A stretch of DNA of 64,000 nt from Amoebophrya sp. A120 (taxonomy: Eukaryota; Protista; Dinoflagellata). The stretch spans positions 13,204,635 to 13,268,634 of the forward strand of contig CAJINV010000001.1 of the NCBI GenBank assembly GCA_905178155.1, given 5' to 3'. The notes below the pieces were generated by a model. It saw only the letters and a list, made by a program, of their open reading frames with translations. It did not search any database and was not told the DNA's origin. Positions 13,089 to 24,900 of the stretch are shown here, piece after piece; positions within the stretch are counted from its first letter, which is position 1; each line of letters opens with the position of its first letter. The position numbers and the translations under genes were made by a program.

Positions 13089-14017
13089 GATTGGCTTGCT
13101 TCGTTTCCACGCGATGCGCACACGTCTTGCGTGGTTGCGACAAAATGAAAATTCTGTATTCTCAAGTAGTTGGGTCGTAATATTAAACGTACTTAAGGTG
13201 TCTCCGAGTCGTCCGGGGCTATTTGTAGGGAACAAAAGTAACTTTCATAAGAAAAGGGGAAAGAAGTAAAAGTAACCAAGATTACTTTGACTTTAGGTTT
13301 ATGGGTCAAGTTCTTGTACTACAAGGTCAGAGTATCCACATCGGAACACGAAGACAAAATTTGACTTTGAGAAAAAACATATTCATTCACATTTCCGAAA
13401 AAAAAAAACTTGCTGTTAGCCTGGCGCTGACCGCGAAAAAGCTTGCATAGCGATCAAGTTTCCAAATATCATGTTCATGATGTGTTCATCCTCGCTCTAC
13501 TTGAGCAGGGGATGCATGATCTACTTCCTGTGCCAAACAATCTTGGGCATTTGCAGTGCGAAAAACAGGAGATCCAACTTGTCCGATGTTTCCAATCGTA
13601 ACATGCTTCAAAAGGTGGAGATCTCCTGTGGCAAATATTTCGCAGGTCCGTTCGCTTTGTTAAACCGAACAGAAGAACGAATTTACAGAACAGCGGTTTT
13701 TACATTTAGGCTATCTTTATGCGCCAGGAGCGTATGAAGTATTTGTTTCTATCGAGCGGCCCCAGTGCATGTCATGCAAACGATTATCGGCCTAGGAGTA
13801 GTGTGAGCATGAAGAACTTCCACTTTTGCACTAAGATTAGGTCAGTTCGGCTGCGGTTCTCCATTTCATCATATGCTTATGCATCCCTGCTTCGCGTCTT
13901 CCCCGGCGAAGGACAAGCTGACAAATTCAGAAACCGAAACTGCAAAGAAAAACAATGAAACGAAGTAAAAGACGACTGTATCTTACATGGTAGAAAATCG
14001 GAAGGGGTGTAATGTCC

Positions 14018-16133
14018 TCACGCTGCAGATTTTGCTTTGGGTTTTGCCTTCGCTTTTCCTGCTGCCTTTGCTTTACCGACGAGGCCACCGCCGGCTTTTG
14101 CTTTGGCTTTAGGCGCAGCAGCAGGGGCCGGCAAGGATGACAGGTCGGGTTTCTCCTTTGACACGCGTATCGCATTGGCTGTACCTTTGAGTCATGCGGT
14201 TTTTGTAACTTGGCTTTGGAACTGTCAGCTTTTTCAAGAAAGTCTTATGCTTGATTAGATTGGCATTGTTGTACGAAAAGTACCTGACCCCCGCACATAG
14301 GTTGTAGTCGAACAGTACCTGCTAACAGCACTGCTTTCACCTCGTCGTCCTTTGCCAGATCGATGGCGCTTTTTCGGTAGGCATTCAGCAACTCCGGGTT
14401 CGCCTTCTTGGACAGCAGCAGCTCGCAGCCTTTGCGGTTCCCGTGAAAGCTGGCGATCTGTAGGGGCGTCCAGCCCTTGCTGTCGCGGGCATCGACCTGG
14501 GCGTTTGCTTCGTCCAGAAGGTACACGCACACCTCCATGCGGTCTTTCCACGCCGCTAGGTGTAGGGCGGTGTTTCCGCGGTCGTCCCTGTAGGTGCTGA
14601 TATTGCTTTCGACGTCAACCAGCTCGATGTCCAACATCGTAACGTCACCCTCCTCGACAAGTTGAAAGATCTTCGCCGTCTTGCGACTCTTCAGAAGCCG
14701 CTTTCCTGTGTGTCGTTAGCGCTCCGCTATGCTATCTACTTCTAGGTAACTACGCTTCTACAGGACCATTTTTATTTTCGGTACACGCCCGGTGCACAGC
14801 ACTCCAGTTCCGAAAAGAAATTATAGCAAAGAAGAAGACATATTAAGAAACAGCGGACAAAAAATCGATATACTTTCTTCGTCATTTTGGACCAAGCCTT
14901 CCTCCGCTGCTTCCCGAGCTTTTTTCCTTTCCTCCATTATGTGCAAGGAGTCCTCGAGCTTCCAGCTATCCAACAAGGCGTGAATTTCTTTACTCGTTGC
15001 AATGTCGTACGGCCTCTCATTCATCTTGTCTTTTATTCGGGGGTCCGCCCCGTTTTGCAGCAAAAGCGTTACGACCTCGCAGTGGCCATTGAAACACGCT
15101 CGGTGCAGCGCCGTGCGCCCTTCCGCAGATTTTGCGTTTGGGTCAGACCCCAGCGGCGGATTGTACGCAAGAAGGTACTCGACAACCGCTTTTTGGCCTG
15201 ATGAATCAATCGGTAGATTTGGCCTCCCCTTAGCAGGAGCTTGCTCTGCGAGGACTTAAGACATGATCATAAAGGGTCTCACGTGGCAAGAATAAGCAAC
15301 AGCGCATCTTCATCTACTTCGCCTAGTATACCATTGCAAGCCGCTTCAGATAGCCCGGTGTATTTCCTTGTGTCTACCGCGTTGCTGTCCGCTCCTTTTT
15401 CCAGCAACTTCTTCACTTCGTCCAAATCTCCATCGAAGCAGCACTCCACGAACTCCTTGTCCAGTTTCTTTTGGGCGGCCGAGCGCTCAATCACCGGGGC
15501 CTCGCCACCCGCCCACAGCCCCTGGTCCGCCGTCGCGTCTGCGGGCGCGGCGATGGTGAGGATGTCCATTTTTCCCTTCAGAAACGCCGGACATTGCGTC
15601 TTTTTCGTGACCACGATCAAGCGAAAGGACTCCTTCGGCTGAAAACGTGCGTCAATGTCGACGCACTTCTCCGGCGCGAAGGTTTTCGTCCGGTCGGTGA
15701 GACCCTCCTGCTCGATGTTCAAATTTTCGTAACTCACCTTCGCGGCAAACTCGTCTGCCGGCCGCGGCAGGCGCGCGTACACGTCTAGATCAAACAGCGC
15801 CGACGGCCTCTGGAAGGCCTCAGGCGGAAAGCACGTGTTGTCTTCGCACAGCGACGCCCAGTCCACATCGAGGACGTCCGCGTCGAGCACCAACCAGGCG
15901 CCGTTGTGCATGGTCTGCACCAGCCCTTTTCGCAAGGATTCTTTTTCGAAGTCGCCCTGGCGCATGGCGGATAGGCACCGCCCGCGGTACTTGAGAAAGT
16001 TGTAGCCCAGCCCCGTGGGATCCAGCAGCAGTGCGTACTTGTCGGTGGCATAGACGCTGTCATTCAACTCGTCAGGAAGCTGCTTTAGGTCCACCGCACG
16101 AGCGTCCGCGTCCAGACCGGGGGGCGCAGCCAT
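14018..16133 (-). CDS. Ankyrin-repeat protein, IQANK1-like; 4 exons; Lys/Ala-rich tail
   Basis: Ankyrin repeats YTGLSEAACNG, GRTALHRACFNGH...GADPRIKD, GNTALHLAAWKD and GWTPLQIASFHG. N-terminal domain ALLLDPTGLGYNFLKYR. Three GT-AG introns keep the frame. Confidence 0.85.
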
Positions 16134-16916
16134 TTTCGGTAACGATCGCGTTCGATCAGATTCAGGAAATGCGCGATCTTGAATAGAGCTGGGGCGTTAT
16201 TGCCAATCGGAAAGAGTTTAGCTCGACGATGATTGGAACCACCAATAGTGGTTTCTATCACTAGCAAGGAACCAAAAGCTGCAGTAAGTGGTGCAGAACT
16301 TTTGCAGACGATCTGGAGGAGTCGGTCCGGGTCCGCGTGTCAAACGAAAAAAGAAAAACAACGCGAACACTCTCATGGCAGGGGTCCATCCGGAGGAGCG
16401 CAATCACGCTATTACTCCGTGATCGTGGTGGATCAATCATGTTTGTAGTGTAAGAATGCATGCATTTTGATTTTTCACGGTCCGTTACCACCACGTCGTA
16501 AATCCTTTTCTTAGTCTTTCGTATGCGTTTTGAAGCAAAATAGACAACGTCATCAAAGGTAAGTTTTTGTGCGCCTCAGAATGACAGCAAAAGAAAGGCG
16601 CACTCTTTTTCGTACTACGTGGCGCATCTGTACAAAATTTGCTTTGATGGCTTTCGTCTGGCATAGATTAGCACGCTCGCGACCTCAGTGGATACAACAA
16701 AGTGCCGCCGCGGCAGCGTGGCGGGTGGACAAGTCATCGAGCGACGTGAACATTTTTCATTTCGGTTTCACTTTCTTCGAAAATCCGACCGGCATACGGG
16801 GCTAGTCGCGCCCGGCAGTGGTCCCAGACCCGTCGCAGCCCATGCAATTACTACAACTTTGTGTTCGTCCATGAGTAGCGCGCAATTCCTGCATGATTAT
16901 CAACGCATATGCGGCT

Positions 16917-19900
16917 TCATAGTTCTTCTGCCTTCTTTTCTGCTGCCGCCTGTGGCTCTTTTCCATCCTCTGCTCCGTCAACATCGGCACCGCCCTCACC
17001 CTTGCCCTCATCTTGTTCGTGAAAATCCACTATCTTCCACGTGCTCCAGGTACTCGCGTACCCGGGCGCTCTGTCGCTGAACGGGAGCGCCACAATGTAC
17101 TTGGCCTTAGCCGGGATCAGGTCGCCCTCTTGCGCCGAGCTGTACCATATCGGAGCCTCCTCCCCGCCACGCACAGTGTTTTGCGGAAAGGGGTCCTGGT
17201 CGCTTCCTCTGGTGCTGTTCAGCGTCCGCAGCAGGTCCGTCAAGTCCGCGTCCCGTTTAGGAACTTTTTCCGCAAAACGGAGCTGGTAGCGCACGGTCGC
17301 GAGAATGTCGACAACGCGCTCGTCCTGCTTGTGCTTCATGTTGGGCGGGTTCTCTTCCAGCGGGTTCCACCGCGCGATTTTGCACTCCAGCCTGACATAG
17401 CCTTTTCGCCCGTCCAGGTCCTCGCAGCTGAACCGGTGCGGTTTCAAAGTGGGCAACCACGCCGCGTCGGTCAGATAGGACTGCACCGGAAGGAGGTCGG
17501 ACGGGCCAAATTCGTTGAAACTCTGCAACTGCAGTGCGCCCATCGGGCTGAAGTAGTCGTTCAGATAAAACTCGCGCTTGGAATTTCTCGTGACGTTGAA
17601 AACACTGCGAACGCCCTGCTTTTTCGTGACGAAGGGGTCGCTCACCTCCACGCGCTCCAGTGTGCCCCAATCGTACACTTTTACCTCGCGATGAAGTTCA
17701 GTGTGATTATTTCTAAAAGTAAAAATATTTTTCAAGTAAAACTACGAAAAACTTTCCTTCTTTTTAACAGCGGAAACCAAATCAATGTTGATAAATTGTC
17801 GCACTCAACTATATTATAAGCCACACCCACAAAATTTTTCCCTTCACCATACCTGGGCCCAGCCGGTAAAATGCTGCGTGCGGACGTCGGTGTCTTTGAA
17901 AGCTATGGCAACGGGTTGCCGCTTTGCGGCCGGCTTCCATCGTTCGACGCCCGCGTAGGGCTTGCCCACGCATTCGTTGTATTTCACCGTCGCCAGCTTG
18001 TCGTCGCAGGAGACCGCGCAGTCCAGGACACACTTATCTTTCAAGCGGCAGTACTTGCTGTGTGGCCTCTCCTTGCTGTTCGCGCAGAGATTCGGGCTGA
18101 GCTCCTTCACCTCCGTATCGGTACCATTAAAACTGGGGTCCAGTTTCCACTCCTTCTCTTGTTGCTCCGTCCAGAGCTGCGCTTTCTGCTTGTTGTCCAC
18201 CGAACCGAGCAATTGCTTCCACCAGACTTGGTGCTTCTTTTCCGCGGTCAGCATAAATTTCCCCACGGAGTTCAAGTTCACCACCGGGTTCGTCAAAATC
18301 TGGTCGAACAGGGAAATTTGCAAATGGTAGTGGTACTTCGCCGCGGAAATCTGCCCAAACGCCGTGAAGTTGAGCACCGTGGTGATGTTGTAGATGTTTT
18401 TCACGACGTTGACGCTGGGGAACGGATCCTTGTCCGCGGCTGCCTTGCTTTCCCCCTTTTTCGGCGGGCCGTGGATCATCTGCAGCGCGCCCGGGGCGTT
18501 CCAGCGCGCGGACATTTTCAAGAGCAAAAACACGTGGGTGCGGTTCTGGGCCCACTGGTACGCCGGGATCACTTTCGTATATTTCCCCTTCCGCTCCAGG
18601 TACGTTTTGTCGATCACGCTCCGTTTCAGATCGTCCGCCTCCGCCTTCACTTCCTTCACGGCCTCCTGTACCTGGTCGAAGATCATTTTCTTGCAGCGCT
18701 CCGTTTCCTCGGGGGCCATATCCACGTGCTCGTCGTGCCACTCGTGCACTTTGATCAAGAAGTTCCGCACCGTGTCCCAGGCCTGTGCTTGTAAGCTTGT
18801 AAGCTTGTGTGCTTGTAAGACAAGTCTTTGCTTGTGCGCTTGTAAGAAACGCGCCAGGCAGGTTTCCTTGGGGAAAACCGAGAGGGGCCCTGGCTTCTTC
18901 CCCCCCAAACGATTTCCCTGAAGAAAGAAAAACCGGGCCCATCCATTCCAACCCTCCCCAAAGGCATCCCCCAATCCGCGGCCTTTCCCTGGGTGCCCAG
19001 CTAGCGCGCCGGGCCAGCGGCCTGCCCCTGCAACGGCACACACCGGGCCGCCTACCATCAGCGTAGTGCGCGCGGTAGGTGTCGCCGGCCAAGGTCGCGC
19101 TATTTCCTGAAAGGCCAGCGCGCGATTTCCTAAAGGCCAGAAATGTGGAAAATCGCCGGCCTGATCGACCTCATACCATCGGGGAAAGGCCGGGAAGTTG
19201 GCCCGTCTTCGGTTTTGGTTTTTTTCTAAAGGGAAATCGCGCGCAACTTTTTTGGGTTTTTTTGTAAAACCGGGCGCCTGCCTGGCTGACTGTCGGCCGG
19301 CGGCCGGTCCGGCTGGCAGCAGCCAGGAAGGGCTCGCGGGCTGAGCCTGAGGCCTTCGCCCCAGGTCCAAGACCTCCTTGGATGCCAATCATAGACACAC
19401 ACACGTGGCAGCGCCCTGGGCTTGGGCGGTAGAAGGGAAACTGACTGAAGCAATTCTGCTTGCCACCAAACCACCCAAGACCAGCTAGAGACGAGAAAAA
19501 ACGAAGCCGGGTCCGCCCGTGTCACGCGCGTGACACGGTGGCCCTGTGATCTAGAAAAACAGGGCAAAGTCCCCCGGGCGCCAAAGGGCGCGCCTGCGCG
19601 TGCGAAATCAGTGCGCCACGACAATGGGCTGACGAAGCGGCCGGCCGTGGCCAAGCGGCGCCGGCAGGCGGCCAACCAATGGGGGGCCGGCAGTTGGTTG
19701 CCCTCCCGGGTGAGGCCGGCCGTGCCTGCCGCCCACAAGGGGGCAGGGCCAGAAATCAGTCCGCAGCGCAGAAAGCAAGGCCGGGCCCGTGCCTGGCTGC
19801 CAAAGAAACAAAGAAAGGAACAGCGGCAAGGCCGGCGCGCTGCCTTCTTACAGAGGCAACCCCGCTGAAGGTCCCAATCTGTCAGAGCAGGCACTGAGCC

Positions 19901-20695
19901 GCCGGGGCGGCGGAAATGCAGGGGCAGGCCGCGGGGCGCCTCCAATGCTTCGAACCGGGCGGCGGACAAAACGCCGGCGCGCCTGCGACAAAACGAAAGC
20001 AAAGCGGGCACAGATCGGCCCGACACAAGTGTGGCGCTGCGGCACTTCGCGTCCATAAATATATGCAAGGGGAGGCCGGCAAAGGGATAAGGGGCAAACG
20101 GGCGGCGCCCGGACGTCAACGCCAGCCGCGGCCCGCATTGCGCGCCACAAAAATGCGCCAAATACGGCAGCGGGCGCCGCGTCTCGAGGAAGCTGCTTTA
20201 CGGTGGCCCGGCTCGACGCCTTGTATGCCCCTCTTCCCTGCAACCACAAGGAGGGGCGCCGGCGTTGTGGGAATTGCCTCCGCCTTACATTCCCGAGGCC
20301 ATTTCTGAGACATTTTTAGAGATGACGGGATCACGGGCGTGGCAGTGCATAACTTTGATCAAGAAGTTCCGCACCGTGTCCCAAGCCTGCCGCATAATCG
20401 ACCCGTGGAGCATCTCGTGCTGTGGCGTTCTTTTGCCCTCGGGGCCCTTGGTCCCGCAGTGCACCTTGGACAGTGCGGCGCTAGCGCGGCCGCGGAAGTG
20501 CGCACGGCCGTCGTCATCGCCCTCCTCGAGCCAATTCAGAACCGTCTTGTTCGCCAACCAGTCCTCGTATTGCTGCGTGGCATTTCGGCCGTTCGTGTCA
20601 ATGGGGGCGACGTAAGCAGCGACGTCCAGCAGGGTCGCAAAGACGAAAAGCAACCACCGAAGTGGAGAGCGAATAAACACGAGAGAGTGCCTCAT
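16917..20695 (-). CDS. Signal-peptide CS-domain protein ending AEEL; paralog 2; interrupted by a 1.57-kb insertion
   Basis: Hydrophobic N-terminus (LRWLLFVFATLLDVAAYV). IPAYQWAQNRTHVFLLLKMSARWNAPG matches paralog 1, as does PVAIAFKDTD. Ends EKKAEEL*. Confidence 0.72.
18748..20389. other. GC-rich 1,566-bp insertion flanked by a 38-bp direct repeat of coding sequence
   Basis: ACTTTGATCAAGAAGTTCCGCACCGTGTCCCA(G/A)GCCTG occurs at 18748-18785 and 20352-20389. Imperfect GCTTGTAA tandem repeats lie at 18787-18846. Confidence 0.8.
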
Positions 20696-21986
20696 CTTGA
20701 CCGGCGAAAGAACAGCGTAGGGACGCGCCGAGGCGCTCGCGCCGGTCATCTTCTCCGTTCTTCCCTAATGCACCCGTCTCAAGTTCTGTCCATTCAAAAA
20801 TGAAGAAAAGCGGGTAAGTGAATATTTCTATATATCGTCCTCCTTTATTCCTAGGATAAGGATCATCTTCAGCGATTGTAATAGGAACAACGACGGGTTT
20901 TCTTGCCACGACGAGCCGCAAGCACCAGACGAGCGGATTATTCACGACAACTATTTTCAATCTGTAGATACGAGTACGACCGTTGATTCTTCCTCCAAAA
21001 TTATGAAGACACTGGCCCTACCGAACTAACAGTCTTCGTAGAGTAGAAACATCTTGAACACAACTTCCGGTTCGCTGCAAGGTCTTTGCGGTCCTGCGGT
21101 GAGCAGCTTGTCCACCAGCTTTGCCACTTCCAAATCCAATACCAAGGTGGATTTTCGTATTTTCTTGCCAGTGTCGCCTACGTCGAGATAAAGAATCAGA
21201 AATGAAAAGAAAAGTCGCGAAGTATGTAAAAATTGTCGCATTGGTGACGTCCTGGGAAGGACCAAAAATCATTCTGTACGGCAATGGACATGATCGCCTC
21301 GCCATGCATTGGCACATCTAACATCTTCAGAAGAGAGCTGCTGTGATCTCCAAAAGAAGTTCATTCTGTCGCAGAAGGAACGAAGTACATTTTAACTTTA
21401 AGGACTCCAATATGTATATGGCGTAGTACACAACATATATCATTCGCAACGTAACCATTTTCAGCTGCAGTAAAGCTCTAAGTGCTTACCTTGATAAGTC
21501 AAACCAACACGCTCACAGTCGTCTGCATCCTTTTCTGACGATGCAGCCCAAGAACTACCAGAACCGTGAAACAACAAAAAAAACAAGTAAGTAAGTGAAG
21601 ACTTGTATGCCTATGGCTACATTTATAGAACCGCTCGGTCATGCTTATAGTACCCAGCAGCTGTCACTGCCCGCTCGTTGCCGTGCGATTATCGCTGCAT
21701 GAAAAAGATAACCGCACGACGGATGAAGAAAGACTATGAGTTTTGCGCTTCATTTTTCATTTCCTTGAATGAAAAAAGTCGTCTACGATAACATCGAAAG
21801 AAATTAGAGCACCTAGCTGCGGCTGCGCCGGTCGTTGTGAGTATCATTTTCATTTGAGAAATCCATTTTGTAAACACGAAAAAACTTTAGTGTAGATAGG
21901 ATATCGCTCACACTTCTTCCTCTTGCTCAACGGGAGAAAAAAAGTTGACGGGTAAACTTTGAGCTATAATGTAGTACTTGCCCTCT

Positions 21987-24900
21987 TCAGCATGTTTTCT
22001 CCTGGACAAGACCAGGTGAAGAAGTCGCGGTTGCTTCGTTGCTTGGTTGTGTCCCACTCTGCGCTACCTGTTGAATTAATAGCAAGAAAGTACATGGGTT
22101 TCGTCGTTTTACTCTCGATGCGTGAAGAGTAGATCCCATTGGGATCAACACTGTCAACACGTGCGACGTCACCATAGCGATGGACTTCGAATTGTAAATC
22201 AAAATCGTAAATCTAAATTCACAATCTTCATGTAGATTGATGTTGTAGCGAATTGAGTACCTGTGGCGAAGAATGCAAGGATCCCGGGGCAGAAGCTTGC
22301 GGCGGCTGCTGATTCGCGGCAAGACCAGGTGACGAGTTGTTTTGCCCTTCCTGCGCTTGTGGGGAGTTGTGCCGTAGAAGGTGCAAGATCGACATTCCAG
22401 AAATATCTGGAGGCTTTTGCATTCCCTGGACATTTTGCGGCGCCATCTGCTCTTGCGGGCCGCCAACACTTGTCACGTTTGCAGTGCATGTTTGAAGTTG
22501 CTGTTGCGCCGTCGCTGCAGCTGGCATGTTGCTGTTCCCAGGTGAACTCATACTGCCTAGTTGCTGTGGAAGGTTCTGTTGAAAACTGTTCTGGATCTGC
22601 TGCGCTCTTACTTGCTGAAAATTTTGCATCTGCTGCAAAGAGTTCGCATTCTGTTGCTGCCATGGTGACCCCAGCTGCTGCATGGTGAGATTCTGGTGGT
22701 GCAGTGCTGGAGCTGGTCCAGCAGTATTACATGACTGCTGTTGCCCAATTGATGTTCCGTTGCCGACTAGGTTGCTCATATTGTTGAACAGTGATGTATT
22801 ACAACTCGCACCAAGTTTTGCAGCGGCGTCTTGCATGTGCCTGTACGAATTTTGCTGTTGCTGTATTTGCGCTGGTGTTTGCTGTTGCTGAGACTGAAGC
22901 TGCTGTGCGAACAGCTGCTGTTGAAGTTGCAGTTGCTGTTGCGGTGGCAGCTGCTGCAGTGTTTGCTGAAGTTGTGTCACCTGGAGTTGCTGCTGTTGCT
23001 GTGCATTTTGGTTCTGTTGCTGCAGCTGCTGTGCGTTCTGGTTCTGCTGTTGCTGAAGCCGCTGCTGGATCTGCTGCTGCTGTTGCGCGGTAGAGAGCAT
23101 AAGCTGCTGCTGCTTCTGTGCCACCAGTAAATTTGACGGCTGTTGCTGAGACGAAGTTGCCGTTGCCCCGATGGTAGTTGTGCCATTATTCTGGCTTTGC
23201 TGATTTAGGTTAGCGCTTGCCTGCTGCTGTTGGGCAATGAGCTGCTGCTGCTGTAGCTGCTGCTGTGGTACCAGCGCCCCCACATTGTTCGTCCCTCCCT
23301 GTTGCTGCAACGTATTTGCCTGCTGCTGCTGCTGCTGTTGCTGCAGCAGAAAATTTGAAAGGTTGACACCCCCACTGCCGTTGGCGACGATTTGCTGTTG
23401 CTGGCTGGCGGAAAAACTGTTCCCGAAGCTGGTGGGCGCTCGCTGCTGCTGCTGAATCTGCTGTGGCTGTGAGGACGTCGAAGTATTCACGGCCGACTGC
23501 TGCAGAGTGTTCGCGGCGGCATTCGCATTCGCGGTCTGCACCTGCTGGCTCTGCTGCTGCAACTGTGGCAAGAGCTGCTGGGTGTATTGGAGCTGCTGCA
23601 GCAGTTGTGTTTGATTGGGACTCAAATTCATCATCTGAAGCTGTTGCTGCGACAGCTGAGGGTGCAGCGTGGAAGAATTGCTATTGGTTGTATTCGATCC
23701 TCCTTGCTGCTGCAGTCCGCCCCCAGATAGCTGCGCACCGGCTTGCTGCTGCGGCTGAGACGAAGATGTAGTCATCCCTGTGGTGAGCGTTCCTACTAGA
23801 TTCTGCTGCAGCTGCGCGCCGTTGGCGCTGTTCACATTGAACAGATTTACCATCTGTTGCAACTGCGACTGCTGATTGTTGTTGTTCATACTCTGCTGCT
23901 GCAGCTGGCCCTGGGAGATGGTACCATTACACGAGCTAACACAACTTGATGAAGTGGCCGCAGTGCCATTATTCATCATCTGCAGATGAGCAGGAGCGGT
24001 GCTGTTTGATGACCCAGCGTGCTGTGAAAAATTCAAATTGTTGCTACTGCCCTGCTGCTGCTGCTGCTGCTGCTGCGCCAGCGCCTGCCCCTGTTGCATG
24101 CAACTTGTTCCACTGATGTTTACGCCATTTATTCGCTGTTGTTGCTGCAAATATAGAAGCTGCTGTTGTGCGGGCTGCGATAGCGAAGGCGTCATCGGTG
24201 ACGGGGCAGCTTGGACACTGTTACTTGACTGGAGTTGCAGAGCGCTGTTGACGCTGAGGAGGTTTGCGCCGTTGTAGTTGTTCACCCCCAGCTGCATCTG
24301 CCCTGCTACTCCACCTCCGCCAACGGCACTCGCTCCTCCTGGCGCTCGCGTCACTTGCTGTTGCAGGGCCGAAACATTCTGGTTTTGATACTGCGCGAGG
24401 TTCTGAAAACTTAGCGTTCCCACCATTTGCGGAGCCGGCGGAGCGGCAGCTACTACAGCCTGCGGCTGCTGCTGCGGCATCACGACCGTTCCAACCAGCC
24501 CTGCCGAATTAGGGGCATTCGTTGGCGCGCCAAGCGTTCCAACTCCAGCTTGCTGCATCATATTGCTATTGTTCGAGTTCGGGACCTGCAGCTGCTGCAT
24601 ACAATTCGCATTACCTTGCACAACGGCACTACTTTGGAGGAACGGGGAGGTCGAAGTGGTCAGCTGCTGCTGATGCACCACCGTACCAGGTGTCGATGCG
24701 TGCTGCGGATGGTCCGGCGCACCAGGTTGCTGTGGTGATCCACCCGGCGCACCAGGTTGCAGTGCTCCATTAGCAACCGTGCAGCTGCCGAGAGCGCCGG
24801 TCGGAAGCGTTGTTGTCGGTGGCAGGGCGGGCACAGCACCGGGTGGTGGAACTGAAGGCGGGACTGCCACGGGCGGGCCCTTGTTCGTTACAACTTCGCT

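Noticed and set aside
17013-18794. Long plus-strand ORFs here and at 39552-40772, 47800-48582 and 62916-63905
   Set aside because: They are antisense shadows of GC3-rich minus-strand genes and show no motifs.
19226-20161. 311-aa ORF in the GC-rich insertion as a possible transposase or reverse transcriptase
   Set aside because: It has the Arg/Ala/Pro-rich composition expected from GC content, with no DDE or RT motif visible.
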